Assembly (NCBI GenBank): GCA_035221665.1 | Contig: CM069151.1 | Coordinates: 16,244,001 to 16,308,000, forward strand | Direction: 5' to 3' | Source of the DNA: Okamejei kenojei | Taxonomy: Eukaryota | Length of the DNA stretch: 64,000 bases | Part shown: positions 14,216-26,875 of the stretch, one piece after another | How the letters are laid out: every line of letters starts with the position of its first letter | How positions within the stretch are numbered: the stretch's first letter is position 1 | Notes under the pieces: model-generated | What the model was told of the DNA's origin: nothing | Database searches by the model: none | Seen by the model: the letters and a program-made list of their open reading frames with translations, nothing else | Program-made: the position numbers and the translations under genes

Positions 14216-15091
14216 TGTTACTTGAGGCATCAACATTAAGTGCATCCTCAGAACATTATACTGGAAAAAAAGCGACATAATGCAAGCAAAGAAAAACACA
14301 ACAAGGTTTGATGCAGGTAAACAATATGGAGGAACACAACTAGAGAGCTTCAAAATGAAAGCGTTGGATGATGGAAAAAGTTTGAAACTTTCCACTGTTT
14401 GATTTTAGTTTATTCTGGAATCAGATTAGGAATTGTTGACATCTTCACATAACTGAATCTATGGTGTATTAATAGGAAAGTGACAGTATAATTAATGCCA
14501 ATAAAAAGTAAAAATATTTGAGAGTATGTAAGGAAAATAAAACTTGATTAGCAATGGCAGGAAGGGCATTAATCAGAGGTGAGACATTTCAGATCATTGG
14601 CATTAGAAGAAAGAAACAAAGGTAATTATTCAAACCATTAACTTGTTTGAGTGCAGAATGTACCACTTCAAAGTGCAATTTATACAGATTTAATAGTAAC
14701 TTTCAAAGATAATTATATATATATATATTATATAATATATATATATAATGTAGAGTTACTGGAGAAGAACAGTAGAGGGGTCTAATTGGAGAGTCACATA
14801 CATGATGATCCAAATAGGCTTTTTCTATTCTGTCAGCCTTAAAAAACTACTATTTTCTGATATAAAACTTTACAGTTTCATTGTTCAGGATTTAATAATA
14901 TTGCCCAGACCAATAAATGCCCAAAACAGAATTCATTAGAATGATATTAATGCACTGTAACTATAAAATAGGATACCTCTCCAACTTGGGAATTTCTGTC
15001 TTAATGTTCATTGGAAATTCTATTTACAAGAAACAAATTTGCATAGAAATATAGATTCCAATGAAGCATTGAAAAATGTTCTAGTACTCAC

Positions 15092-15123
15092 ATGTCTTAA
15101 ATTTCCTGAATTGTCTTTACATC
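15092..15123 (-). CDS. mucin exon, VWC start
   Basis: 32 nt; RCKDNSGNLRH; CAG/GTGAGT. Confidence 0.85.
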
Positions 15124-15188
15124 CTGTAGAAAAAATGCAGCAATGCATAATTAATTCTGAATTATTCACAAGCAGTTAATTTTTACTA

Positions 15189-16970
15189 CCGTAATACCTC
15201 AAATTGCGATCTAGATATTCCAAGAAAATTGAACGTTAAATGAAACTGCGCTCAATATGGGGTCATTATACCATAAATGAGGATGCGATCTTTGTAAGTT
15301 ATTTTTTATCTCAGACATGGACAGTACTGTATATTATACTGTATATGAAGAGTATGGATAATAATAAAGAATAGTAGTAAAGAATAAAGAAAAATAATAT
15401 AGAAATGTATCTTTACTAGGAGTCAGGAAGTTGTGTGCAATGGAAGATTAACTTTCTCTACAAGAATGCAGGTCTGAAGACTCAAGATTCTCTAAGTGGC
15501 CTGGGCCATTATCGATCACCAACAATGCTTTAGGTTCAAGGTTACTTTCTTCACATTACTTGGCAAAAGTCTGACATAAACCACACATGTGTGACGGTAT
15601 ATATTGTCACTCAGGCCGCCTTGTTTGATTTCCAAATCAAAGGCAGAAACTTTTTGATAATCCTCACATTATTCATGATATTTCTGAGTGATAAACAAAC
15701 CAGTGTTACTGCCGAGTGAGAGTTTTAAACTGTCTTTTCCAGCCTTGAACTCACAAGAAAGTTTCTTTTCAGAAAATAAAAGTGCTGGATGGCATTCTTT
15801 TTCAGAAAAGCCCATTTCATCAACATTGAAGACAAGCTGGGGAGGGTAGTTGCTATGTTCAATGATTGCTTTGAGATTCTGGGGAAATTGTTTGGCTGCC
15901 TGCCCGACTGCACCCTTGCAACTTCACCTGAGGTACAGATGCTGTGCAGGTCATAGCATTGTTTGAACTTATCAAACCAATCCCTGCTAATTGTGAATGT
16001 TTTAGGGCTATCACTTTCTCCTTGTAGGTGTCTGAAGATGCTCCTTGCTTTTTCCATGATGATAAATTGGCTTAATGGCATGTTGCATTGTGATTGCAAA
16101 TGCAAAACAGATCTCCCATTTTCTCCAAAATATCGCTCCTTGAAAAAGTCACCTTCGCTGAGGTTGTCATGGCACAAGCTTTTATTTTCTCTACTTTTTA
16201 AAAAATAATGGTTTGAATCATTGATGTAGCCAAGTTAATAGATTTACCCACTTTCATCTGATGCGCACCAGCTTCCAATTGCCTTAACACCTACAGTTTT
16301 ACATCCAATGTGCTGCTTTTCCACAGATTCAGTTCAGCACTTGAAATTGCAGGCCGTTTTCCAGTCATTATGTAAAAATTGTGTAGATAAAAGAAAGAAT
16401 TATAACAAGACAACCAGAATGTGTGCACAATGTAGTTGCATCAGAGCGTGACCTGACAGAGGACTAAGAGGTAGAGCGCAAGCGTGGTGTGTTCTGATTG
16501 GTTACGTGAATGTAAAGAAAAATAGACACTCTTGGCAGGCTGTTCGAACTTGCAAATTTTTACCACTGTTAAGGGCCTGTCCCACTGTACGTGGTAATTC
16601 AAGAGTTCTCCCGAGTTTCCCCTGATTCGAACTCGGCGAATTACGGTAATAGCTGTTCGTAGGCACTCGGGGCTCTCGTGGACATTTTTCACAGTGCTGA
16701 AAAAACTTTACGAGTTCCCGCGTTTCCCCGAATACCTGCCGTTAGCATTACGAGCTGCAACGAGACATCCACGAGCTCTGACGTAGCCGCTATGTACATT
16801 CTACGTAGTTCCCACGAGTTTGATTTTTTTTAAAACTCGGGAGAGCTCTTGAATTACCTCGTACAGTGGGACAGGCCCTTTATTGATTTTTTTTTTTTTT
16901 TGGAAAAAAAAGGCTCCAAAATGGAAAAGTGCTTATAGTGAAGAGGGTAGTGCTAAACAAGGTATTACTG
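15189..16970 (-). mobile_element. Tigger/pogo (Tc1-mariner) DNA transposon, decayed
   Basis: TA TSD and TIR C(A/C)GTAATACCT at both ends; transposase remnant FTISRDWFDKFK...SGE (ORF 15725..16177). Confidence 0.8.
16572..16879. mobile_element. PIF/Harbinger-type MITE nested in the Tigger
   Basis: TIR AGGGCCTGTCCCACTGTACG; TTA TSD on both sides. Confidence 0.85.
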
Positions 16971-17024
16971 TATTTTAAATGTGATTCATAAATATTTGTA
17001 TGTTTACTTGGAAACAGAACTTAC

Positions 17025-17131
17025 TTGTGCATGAAGGAACACATTGGGTCTTATCTTCAGATAGCATCATTCCCTCAGGACAAAAGCAACCTTCAGCAGG
17101 CTCATCAAAATGTTCTCCAACTATCATCATA
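17025..17131 (-). CDS. mucin exon, TIL4
   Basis: 107 nt; MMIVGEHFDEPAEGCFCPEGMMLSEDKTQCVPSCT. Confidence 0.92.
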
Positions 17132-17253
17132 CTGCAACAAAGATAATTATATGAAATGATTTACTAAATTATAGTTTCATATCAATATTGAAATTTGGCA
17201 TGAAAGGCATTAGAGAGATTTTGAAAATATGAAGTCTATCATAAAATACTTAC

Positions 17254-17323
17254 TTGTTCTTACAATAATTGTGATCACGTCTGGAACAGGCTTTATAGAT
17301 GAAACCATCCGGACAAATGTAGT
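17254..17323 (-). CDS. mucin exon, TIL4
   Basis: 70 nt; DYICPDGFIYKACSRRDHNYCKN. Confidence 0.9.
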
Positions 17324-17567
17324 CTTAAAATAGAATTAACATAAAATATCAGATACAGAGACATTTAAAATATCTATAAAACCACTACTTCCAGCTGAAG
17401 AAAAGCCAGAAGAGATTTAACTTTGCTCAACAATATGTGTACACTTGTATTAATCTTTGCATATTTGTTCCATTCACGTTAAAGGTAACAGATTTCAAAA
17501 GCACAGTTGAACTCAGAAGCCTCAAGTTTCTTAATTCCTAGATTTTCACACCAAAGTTTAACTGTTA

Positions 17568-18108
17568 AGGGGCTGTCCCACTTGCGCGACCTAACTGGCG
17601 AGTTTAGAAGAGTTTAAAAAAATGTAATGTTGAAGACCTCCTTCGACTATGTAGAAGACCTCCTTCGACTATGTTGAAGACTAGCGTCGACTAGCGACGA
17701 CTAGCTACGACTAACTTCGGGAAAATTGGACACCGAATAGTGGAGAGTGAAGACGACCTCCTTCGATCTCCTTCGACCACGATGAAGATTATCTACGACT
17801 ACCTTTGATTACCTTCGACTACCCTCGATTACCTACGACTAACATGCTGACCGACTACGACTAAATCTACGAGTAAAAAAAGTATTGATTTTTTCCAAGG
17901 CGACCTTTTTTTACTCGTGGGCATTTTTCAGCATGTTGAAAAATACGGCGCGACATAGCTGAGGCCTCGAGTACACGGGGACTACTCTCGAGCATGAAGG
18001 AGAGTTACAAAGACCTCCTAGGACCTCGTGTCGACCATGCTGCGAGTATGAGTCGAGGGCAAACTCGTCTGAACTCGCGGATTAGGTCGCACAAGTAGGA
18101 CAGCCCCT
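17568..18108. mobile_element. PIF/Harbinger-type MITE
   Basis: TIR AGGGGCTGTCC(C/T)ACTTG; TTA/TCA flanks; internal cgact repeats. Confidence 0.82.
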
Positions 18109-18465
18109 TCAGGGATAGTAATTACAAAAGTTGATTGGAATAGATTGTAAGCAGGCAAAGGGACATCCAAAAATTGGGATGCTTTTAAAAGTGTGATAGA
18201 GTTCAAGACATGCATGTTCCTGATAGAGCAAGACAGGTAAGAGTCAAGAGTGTTTTATTATCATATGTCCCAGTTTATTATTGTAGCTGGCTTCACCATC
18301 ACCCCCAGCAGTGCATTCCAGGCACTTACTGCACATGGTGTAAACAACTTGCTCGACACATTTCTTTTAAACATTATCCCTCTAATATTTGGTATTTCCA
18401 TCCTGGGAAAAAATATTCTGATTGTCTACCCTATGATTCCCTGACTATTGCTTCACAATACTCAC

Positions 18466-19001
18466 CACATAATCCATTTGCAGATGATCTCCAGTCGACA
18501 CATCTATTGCACATTTGGGCAGCTGCTTCCAAGCTGGAACAGTCAGGTCTTCTGGGATTCGACCCACAGTTGGCACCTTCAAGGCTGGAGCAACCATTTT
18601 CTTCGGAACCGGAATGTGAACCTGGCTCTGATCCGGAATTTGAACCTGGACGTGGACTTGAATGTGAACCTGGCTTTGATCCGGAATTTGAACCTGGACG
18701 TGGACGTGAACGTGAACCTGGCTCTGATCCGGAATTTGAACCTGGACGTGGTCTTGAATGTGAACCTGGCTTTGATCCGGAATTTGAACCTGGACGTGGA
18801 CGTGAACGTGAACCTGGCTCTGGATCTGGCCCTGATCCGGAATTTGAACCTGGACCTGAATCTGAACCTGGACGTGACTCACAACTGCCATCTTCACCAC
18901 TGGAACAATCAGCTTCTGTGGAATTTGCCCCACAGTTGTCGTACTGACATGCCTGGTTGTAGAAGTCGAAATGCTTATTGTTTCTGCAACCACTGAATGA
19001 A
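18466..19001 (-). CDS. mucin exon, C8-4 with internal G/S/P/R tandem repeat
   Basis: 536 nt, phase 2-1, fits both neighbours; FSGCR..FYNQACQYDNC..[PGSRSRPRPGSNSGS(K/E)]n..CSSLEAAAQMCNRCVDWRSSANGLC. Confidence 0.88.
18605..18878. repeat. coding minisatellite, 48-bp unit (24-bp subunits, 96-bp higher order)
   Basis: Unit tgaacctggctctgatccggaatttgaacctggacgtggacttgaatg and variants, about 5.5 units. Confidence 0.9.
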
Positions 19002-19672
19002 CTGTAGAATTGGAACATAAAGTATTTAGTCCTACAATTTAATAAAACCCAAAATGATTTCACATCTAAGAAAGCTTAACATTAATTGCAACAATAAAAT
19101 TACAATGCATATAACAAACGTGAGAAATTCCTTTCTCTGTTGTTTTTGACTAATACTTGTTAAGGGGGAGAATGCTTATTAATTGTATATACTGTATAAT
19201 GGGCAAGATTTCGAGAAATACCAGTTACTAAAATGTTAATCAAAATGTTCTGTATTTTTCACATCTATGACAGTAATGCATTTATTCCCATGCCCACCCC
19301 TAACCTATATCTGGTATGCATTTTCCTAGTAATGCAAGTGCAAATCCCCCAATAATAAAAAATACTGAATTCTGAAATAATCTTGATCATGATCGGATAA
19401 TTTGCCAGTTCAATGGTGCTATTTAATCAGTGACCACCGTATATTTGGTGCAAATAGCCTTGGACAACAGTGAACCATGTGGTCTTTTAAAAATCAACTT
19501 CTGTGCTAAAATATTTAGCAAAGCCATTAATGCACTCAAAATAATGCTCAATGTTTGTATTAATGTTATCCAATGTCATTTTGAAGTATTAACAGGCTAC
19601 CAATGAAGCCAAGAGCAGTCCCACAACAGGAACATGATTCAAACCACATCATATGTGCTGAAGTGGAATTGA

Positions 19673-19711
<39 letters not shown>

Positions 19712-20535
19712 TTGTTTATTTTAACAACAATACTTCGTCAAGCCCACATCAGATACAGTACACAGTTCGCCACTGATATTTTTAATTCTGTACTTAGGAA
19801 CTGCGGAGTTCAAGAGCTAACCTTTAAACAATCTCAGAGCATGAGAGGTATATAAATTGCTGAAGAAATTCCCACTCCACTATGTACAGGACCAGGGCCG
19901 TTGACTGCATTCTAGGTATCACCTGCTCCCTAGTGCTCTGACTCAGGTCAGCGCATGTTAACAATATCGGCAGGCACAGGGACTTTGAGGGCAGAGGAAA
20001 TTAATCCAAATACCAAAACGTACTCAGTATTCCATTGAAGGCACTTGGAGACCTATTAATTTTCAAAGACATCAGGCATGTCGCAACTGGTGTCACTCCT
20101 GACAGAATCTGAATTGATGACCAATCTCAGAAGCTTAATTTCAAAAATCAGTTTCCATTCCAGCGCAGAACAAATTAGATTTTAAATTGTGTCCCATTCA
20201 CTCTCTGAGGTGTATATAAATGATCCCATGATACAAAATTAATTAAATACTGAAGCTATCTCTGAAATCCTTGTTATGATATATTAACTCACATCCTTAA
20301 GAAAATATAATGGAAAAACAATGTTAAGGGTAAATCTGAGGTAGCAGTTGTCTATCACTTAAAGTTTCTATCGCACTCCTTGTCTGATACTTTTTCTCTT
20401 TCCACAGATGCTCCCTGACCTTTCATCCTTTTACAATATTTTATGTTCAGAATTTTCAGCAACAGCAACGTTCAATAAAGTCATCAATTGAATTTATTTT
20501 ATCATTTTAAAGAAATAAAATGAAATAGTACATAC

Positions 20536-20746
20536 TTTCCTTTCAGGACATCACACACAGTTGCATTTTCACATGATGGAGGAGGAGAAGGTGGAGCGCA
20601 GGGCACATTTGTAGGAGCTGCACTGCACTCTGGTTTATTTGGGTCATCAATCTTCCAGTCAAATGCAGTTTTGTGGCAGCAGTTAGGAGGCTCTACTTTT
20701 CCATTTCTTCTTTTACATTCATCATTCATATTTCTGGATAGAGAAC
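20536..20746 (-). CDS. mucin exon, VWD4 end/C8-4 start
   Basis: 211 nt; GSLSRNMNDECKRRNG...DWKIDDPNKPEC...PPPSCENATVCDVLKG. Confidence 0.9.
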
Positions 20747-20835
20747 CTATGATGCAGGAACATTTTCGATAAGCAAAAAAATAATATTTCAGAACAATAC
20801 AATTTATTGTTGAATTGATTTTTATAAAAGCTTAA

Positions 20836-21392
20836 AGGACCTGACCCGCTTAGGCGATATTTTAGGCGACTGCCGGCGACTGTCATTATCGTAGCAGGTC
20901 GCCGAAAATTCGGCGACTGGACCCCCCCATGACAATATCTACAACAAGCTACAACAACCTACCACCTAGTTTATGTCAAGCCACGGCAAGCCACCAAAAC
21001 CGGCGACCCATTAGGACGACAAGCTACGACTCTGTAGCGACAACTGAAAGCAATTCAGTCTCCGGTACCTGTCGCTGGTTGGCTTAGGTTGACATAGGTA
21101 GTCCCCAATGGAATTCACCAAAGTCAGCGCGGGCGACAACCTACGTCACCTGCCAACAACCTACGGCAGCAACTACATCAGGAGAAGTCAAGCTACGCTC
21201 ATTGGCGTCAACCCACTGTTGCCGACAATCTTAAAAAAATTTTTGAACATGTTAAAAATCCAGCTGTGACCAGAAGGACGCTACTAATCTTTGAGACTAC
21301 TCACGACCATACAAGTGACAACCTGGCAACCATACGGCGATAGCATAGTCCCCTGTAGTCGCCTAAAATAAAGCCTAAGTGGGAAAGGCCTT
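20836..21392. mobile_element. PIF/Harbinger-type MITE
   Basis: Degenerate AGGGCCTGTCCCACTTAGGC TIR; TAA TSD on both sides. Confidence 0.75.
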
Positions 21393-21503
21393 TAATAGGT
21401 TAAACGTGCACCCAATATTTTAGGATATTCACTTTCTATAAAAATATAAGTAAATATGTAAAGAAGTAGTTTAATGGCATGAACTATAGGTTACCCCATG
21501 TTA

Positions 21504-21842
21504 AATAATAATAATAATAATAATACACTTTGTCATTGTAAATACATACAACAAAACGTCAGGCGCACTGCCTGAGTGGAGCTCCAACGTACCAGATAAA
21601 TAATAACGAGTAACAAAAACGGCAAGAAAACGTCGTCATAATGTGCAATATTTCACAGTATGGTGTTGTGGCAGTACAACATATTGGCTATGGGGCTGTG
21701 TGTTCAGTGCCGAGTTCGGAGTGGTGATGGCCTTGGGGTAGAAACTGTTTGTTAATCTTGTCGTGTGTGATTTGATGGACCTGTAATACTTTCCTGAGGT
21801 CAGAAGGTCAAACAAGTGATGTACGGGATGAGATGCGTACAT
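21504..21842 (-). mobile_element. Rex1/Babar LINE 3' fragment
   Basis: SHPVHHLFDLLTSGKYYRSIK matches the C-terminus of ORF 3808..5181; (AAT)n tail. Confidence 0.75.
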
Positions 21843-22031
21843 TACTGGTCATATCATTTGTGTTAAATGTAATTGCAAGAAAAATATTCAGACTTTAATC
21901 CACAGATTTAATGCACCCTGTACCTGCCCTTAGTTGGAGTAAGCTACAAACAAACGGCACAAACTTATTAAAACACAATTGTATGATATGGCTATGTATC
22001 TTATGTGTATAAACAATAACATATCTCATAC

Positions 22032-22215
22032 CGCATTGTCCTTGTGTATTATCTCGGAAGTATTGCTCCGGTACTTGAATCTTGATGGCATGTTTGTGAC
22101 CAGTAATAGTGGTTCGAATGTGAGGAATATGAACACGTACATTGACACCCATCTTTGAAATGTAAATTCCTTCTGCATTATGTGGAAAGCTCTCAGCTAT
22201 TCCATTGAATGTAAT
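22032..22215 (-). CDS. mucin exon, VWD4 part 2
   Basis: 184 nt; ITFNGIAESFP...IQVPEQYFRDNTQGQC. Confidence 0.92.
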
Positions 22216-24233
22216 CTGTTGATAATTGATGGAAGATTGTTGAGACTTCATTTGTGAGAAACATATTGTTAAATAATACTCATTAAATATCAATTAAAAC
22301 AATAATCAGTGGCATTCTTCAGGAAAATGCCATTGTTACAACTTCTACAGAGGCTGAGTAAGTTTGAGTTCCTGTTCCTGAAGCAAAAACAAAGTTTATT
22401 TGAGTTTTAACTGCTGATTTAAATGCTGCTGTCAAATCTGTTAAAAAGGGCGCACCCAAAAATTGGTGAAACTATTCCTGTTTACAATGTGTAATAGGTG
22501 AAATCTCCAAAATGTCAGCTTCCATGCACTTCAGGGTCGAAGGAAATTCAGAATTTCAGAACGACACCGTTCCTTGATCATCGTTGCTGGCTTCGATTTG
22601 ACCTTTTGCATATCTTCCATTCATTTGTTCTATGTACCTTTTTATATCTCTCGTTTTCCTCTCTCCTGACTCTCAGTCTGAAGGGTTTAGACCTGAAAAC
22701 GTCACATATTCCTTTTCTCCAGAGATGCTACCTGACCCGCTGAGTTACTCAGGCTTTTTGTGTCTAACTTTGGTGTAAACTAGCATCTGCAGTTCGTTCC
22801 TACACATTCCACCTGCATTTACATAGGTCAGTCTGAATGACCTTCAGCATCCTGAAGTCTGCTGAATGGATGGTGACTGGGCTGTTGCAATGTAGTCTTC
22901 CGATAGAATTGAAAAAAGGAAATGCTGTGGAAGTAGCATCCCCTCATGTAAAATCTCTCATTGATATTTTGGTTTTAAGTGTCTCTAGCATCATGAAAAT
23001 TGAAGAAAATAATTAAATAAGAAAATTAAGTGAAATAAATAAATTCTTCAAAAACAGAAACAATCACAAAAATAAAGATTAACTCAAAGAAAAAATAATT
23101 ACCAAGCCTCCCATTGCCTCCTCATCTGCTGAACCTGAATATCATTATAATCAATAGGGACCAGGGATCATATATCTGACATAGCATATAATCCACTGGT
23201 TAATGATATTGAATCCCAGAGGGTTGAAGAAGGGTCTTGACCTGAAAAGTCGCCTATTCCTTCTCTCCATAGATGCTACCTCACCCGCTGAGTTTCTCCA
23301 GCAATTTTTGTCTCCCTTCGATTTTTCCAGCATCTTCAGTTTTTTCCTAAACACTCACAGCTTGATTGAGTCCAGGACTTATTTAACTTCAAATGCTTGT
23401 CACCTTATCTTTAACTACATACAACATATTTCAGCCTAATGAGAACCAAATTAAATGCAACTCATGAATATCCTTGGAGTAATTTAAATCGGCCCCGTGG
23501 CATAAACTGCAAATACTCTGAGCCTGAAACATGTGAAATCACTGTACATGTCAAGTTCTCAAAACACCCTATTTTAAGTAAAAGAAAACAACTGAAACAC
23601 AGTGCCAACACACATAAAAGCTGCATTAACATTTTAAGTTGACAACCTTTTATTAAAACCAGGAATAATGAGAGATAAAATCTCAAGATGGAAAGAAATG
23701 AACGAGGGGACAGTCTTGTGCTGAGATGGAGGCAGGAGAGGTTGAACAACAAGATAGGTATAGTGTAAATGTAATGAAGGTGGGAATATGGACTGAAAGA
23801 TAATCTCGTGGACGTGTAAATACAGAATAAATATCAAAAATTGCCCATAAAATGTGGACTGGATGCTCTTTGCCAGAATGAAGAGTCTGCAATCGATTTA
23901 TTCTGAAAATGTTGGGTCAAGAGTATACTACATTAGTGTGAAAAGTGATATTTAATTTTCCCAGTGGTACTAAATTACAATAACCTTGAATAAATTAAAG
24001 ATTATCAGTTTTCTCAATAAATTTAATAAAATAAAACACAAGGAGGATAAAAATCAAAATTATGGATTCCACCTTCCTACCCATCACTCTCAGCAAAAAG
24101 TACACATTTAAAATCAGCCACAAAATTAGAAAATGCTGCCAATGCTAAGCAGGTCAGGCTATATCTGCAGGAAAGGAAACACAGTCAATGTTTTAGGTCG
24201 ACGACTTTTTGTCAGAACTGAAATGGAGACATA

Positions 24234-24470
24234 AGGGCCTATCCCACTTGGCGATTTTTTCGGTGACTGCCGGCATCATTGAATGACGTATCAGGTCACC
24301 AAAAAATTTGACGTTTGATGTGGTGTGATGACATATTGACGCGTGGTGTTTTTTCAAGTGTCGTAATATTTCTTTTGTCACCGCTGGATTTAGAAATGTT
24401 CAAAATCTTTTGGCGACAATGATATAATGCCGGCAGTCGCCTGACAAAATCGCAAAGTGGGACAGGCCCT
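24234..24470. mobile_element. PIF/Harbinger-type MITE
   Basis: TIR AGGGCCT(A/G)TCCCACTT; ATA/TTA flanks. Confidence 0.8.
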
Positions 24471-24689
24471 TTAATAATATGTAAATCTGCAAGGTGGCAA
24501 TTGGATGATCTGTGATAGGATGAAACAGGGTGACCACGGTGATAAGGTGTAAACAAGGTTACCTTGTCAATGAATGAATGAGAGCAGTTTGAGAGTGAGG
24601 ATTTTGTTAAAGGAATTGCAGAGCAGGACGAGCCAGCTGTCAGATTGGGCATGTTCTCCACTTACCCGAGTTACTATCACGGATAGATG

Positions 24690-25990
24690 ATTGCTACAGA
24701 CTGCAAAATCAAGTTATCTGAAGTTGTAGAATTCAATATTGAACCCAGAAGTCTGAAATATGGCCAGACAGAAGATAAAGTGCTATTCCTCAAGCTTGTG
24801 TTCGGACACAATGCAACATTTCAGGAGGCCACAGACCAATAGAATAGAGTGGGAGTTGGATGGGGATTAAATGTCAGGCAATGGAAAGCTCTGAGTCACC
24901 CCTGCGGACTGAATGCAGGTGTTCTCCAAAATGATCCCAAATCTGCATTTGGTTTCCCAATGTGAAAGAGACCATATTATGAACAGCAGGCACACGAGAT
25001 TGGAAGCTGATTAAGTGAATCATTGCTTCATCTGGAAAGACTGTTTGGGTCCCTGGATGGTAGGCAGGGAATAGGTGAAAGGATGAGTGTTGCATCACCT
25101 ATGGTCGAGGGAGGAAATTCCATCATAAACAGACTGGCTGGATGGGGGGGGGGGGGGGGGGGGGGGAGCAGAATAGTGGATCAGGGAGTCACAAAAGGAA
25201 TGGTTCCTGCAAATGCTGAAAGGGGAGGGAAGGTAAAGATGTGTCTGGTGGTGGAATCTCTTTCAAGGTAACATTAATTGTAGAAAATTATCTATTGAAT
25301 GTGGAGACTGGGGGGCTGGAAGGTCAGGACCAGACTAACACCAACCTGATCTCCCGGTGGCTCAGCACTTCAACGCCCCCTCCCATTCCAAATCCGACCT
25401 TTCTGTCCTGGGCCTCCTCCATGGCCAGAGTGAGGACCACCGTAAATTGGAGGAGTAGCACCTCATATTTCGCTTGGGCAGTTTGCACCCCAGCGGTATG
25501 AACATTGACTTCTCTAATTTCAGGTAGTCCTTACTTTCTCCTCCCCTTCTCAGCCCACTGGCTCCACCTCTTCCTTTCTTCCTCCCCCCCCCCCCCCCCC
25601 TCCCCCCCCCCCCCCCCCCCCACCTTTCCCTCCACCCTCACATCAGTTTGAAGAAGGGTTTTGAACCAAAACGTTGCCTATTTCCTTCATTGCATAGATG
25701 CTACCTCACCCGCTGAGTTTCTCCAGCATTTTTGTCTAACACTATCCATGTTCTGTCTCGGGGGAGCAGAGGTACAGGAAATGGATGAGGAGCAGTCAAG
25801 AAATTCATTAACATTGGTAGAGAAGAAATAGTGATTAAGAAAGAGAGAAGACATTTTAGAGGTGACTGTATGGAATGTCTTTTTTAATGCAAATACAAGG
25901 TTAGAAAGAAAGAAGACATTTTACAGGCAGATGTATGGAATGTGTCATCATTTGTGCAAATATGATGAAGACGGAGGGACGAGGAGAATG
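24690..25990. mobile_element. nested Penelope-like fragments (old minus copy interrupted by a younger plus copy at ~25330-25740)
   Basis: Plus copy: PDLPVAQHFN..HS..LEE*HLIFRLGSLHPSGMN (GIY-YIG C-terminus) followed by pLTR-like 3' end; minus copy: DHFGEHLHSVRR. Confidence 0.75.
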
Positions 25991-26536
25991 GAATACAGTT
26001 CTTACAAGATACTTACAATGTACCTTACAAGGTGAGACAAAGAGTAGTTCAGAGATCTACCTTGTGCCGTTTCTCAACTATGTTTTGTCTGACTCCCACA
26101 GCCATCCTGGCAACTCTTCATCGTCTTGTTTAGAGGCCAAGCAGCCTAACCTGCTCAGCACTTTCTGTTTTAGTTTAACATTGACACTATCTGTAGTTTT
26201 GTCTTGATTTTCATTTACCTCTTGAAAATCTGTCCCATGGAAGGATTACCTAGAGCCTTTCTTCAATAATGCTTCAATGTAAATTTACCAATGACACTGT
26301 AAAATATTATTGCTCTCCTGGGAGTGTAGCAAAGAACAAAATTGGAAACAACATGAAATAATTTTTTTTCACGTGTATCTTACATGTGAGGAAACATTTA
26401 AAGCCAAATATTATTAAGTATCACATAGCAAAGGAAAAATATATACATTGAAATGTGAGAATGGCTGCCAGTATGGAAAAGGGTTTGTGAAACTGACATA
26501 TAACTATGCATTAATACATATGAAGACATTACTTAC

Positions 26537-26769
26537 ACTGGGTCGAGGTCCGGTTGTTAAATGTATGACATTTCCTTGGTAAAGGATAATCAATGTTTGT
26601 TGACAGGATTTAGGCGCTGATGATGTGCAGTAATAATTATCGAGTATCACCGTAAAATTGTATTTTGGGATAATTTCTTGCACGAGAATATGTGCACAAT
26701 TTTCAAAGAAGTTATAGAATATCCCATCAAAGGTGCGATAATGTCGTCTTCCCCATATCTGACAATCAT
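26537..26769 (-). CDS. mucin exon, VWD4 part 1
   Basis: 233 nt; YDCQIWGRRHYRTFDGIFYNFFENCAHILVQEI...TTGPRPS (ORF 26504..26785). Confidence 0.93.
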
Positions 26770-26875
26770 CTAAAAAAAAATCCATTTAGATTCATGTATA
26801 ATAAAAACAAAAATGAAGACAATTACTTTTCCACTGGCAAAAAATAGATGAATCTGAATCAATTAAAAGACTTAC

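Noticed and set aside
11279-15091. Additional VWC exons expected from MUC2/MUC5 architecture
   Set aside because: I found none by eye. The interval is mostly CR1 remnant and the flanking exons join in frame.
18210-18996. Overlapping long ORFs in other frames (18210..18947 +, 18448..18996 +, 18445..18993 -), including an LRR-looking NLNLALIRNLNL repeat
   Set aside because: These are by-products of a stop-poor 48-bp minisatellite. Only the minus frame of ORF 18431..19063 has C8 motifs on both sides and splice phases matching the neighbouring exons.
19676-19710. Long poly-G/C tracts (also near 25144, 25583, 49338, 63584) as G-quadruplex regulators
   Set aside because: They are simple homopolymers, often inside repeats, with unreliable lengths and no evidence of function.
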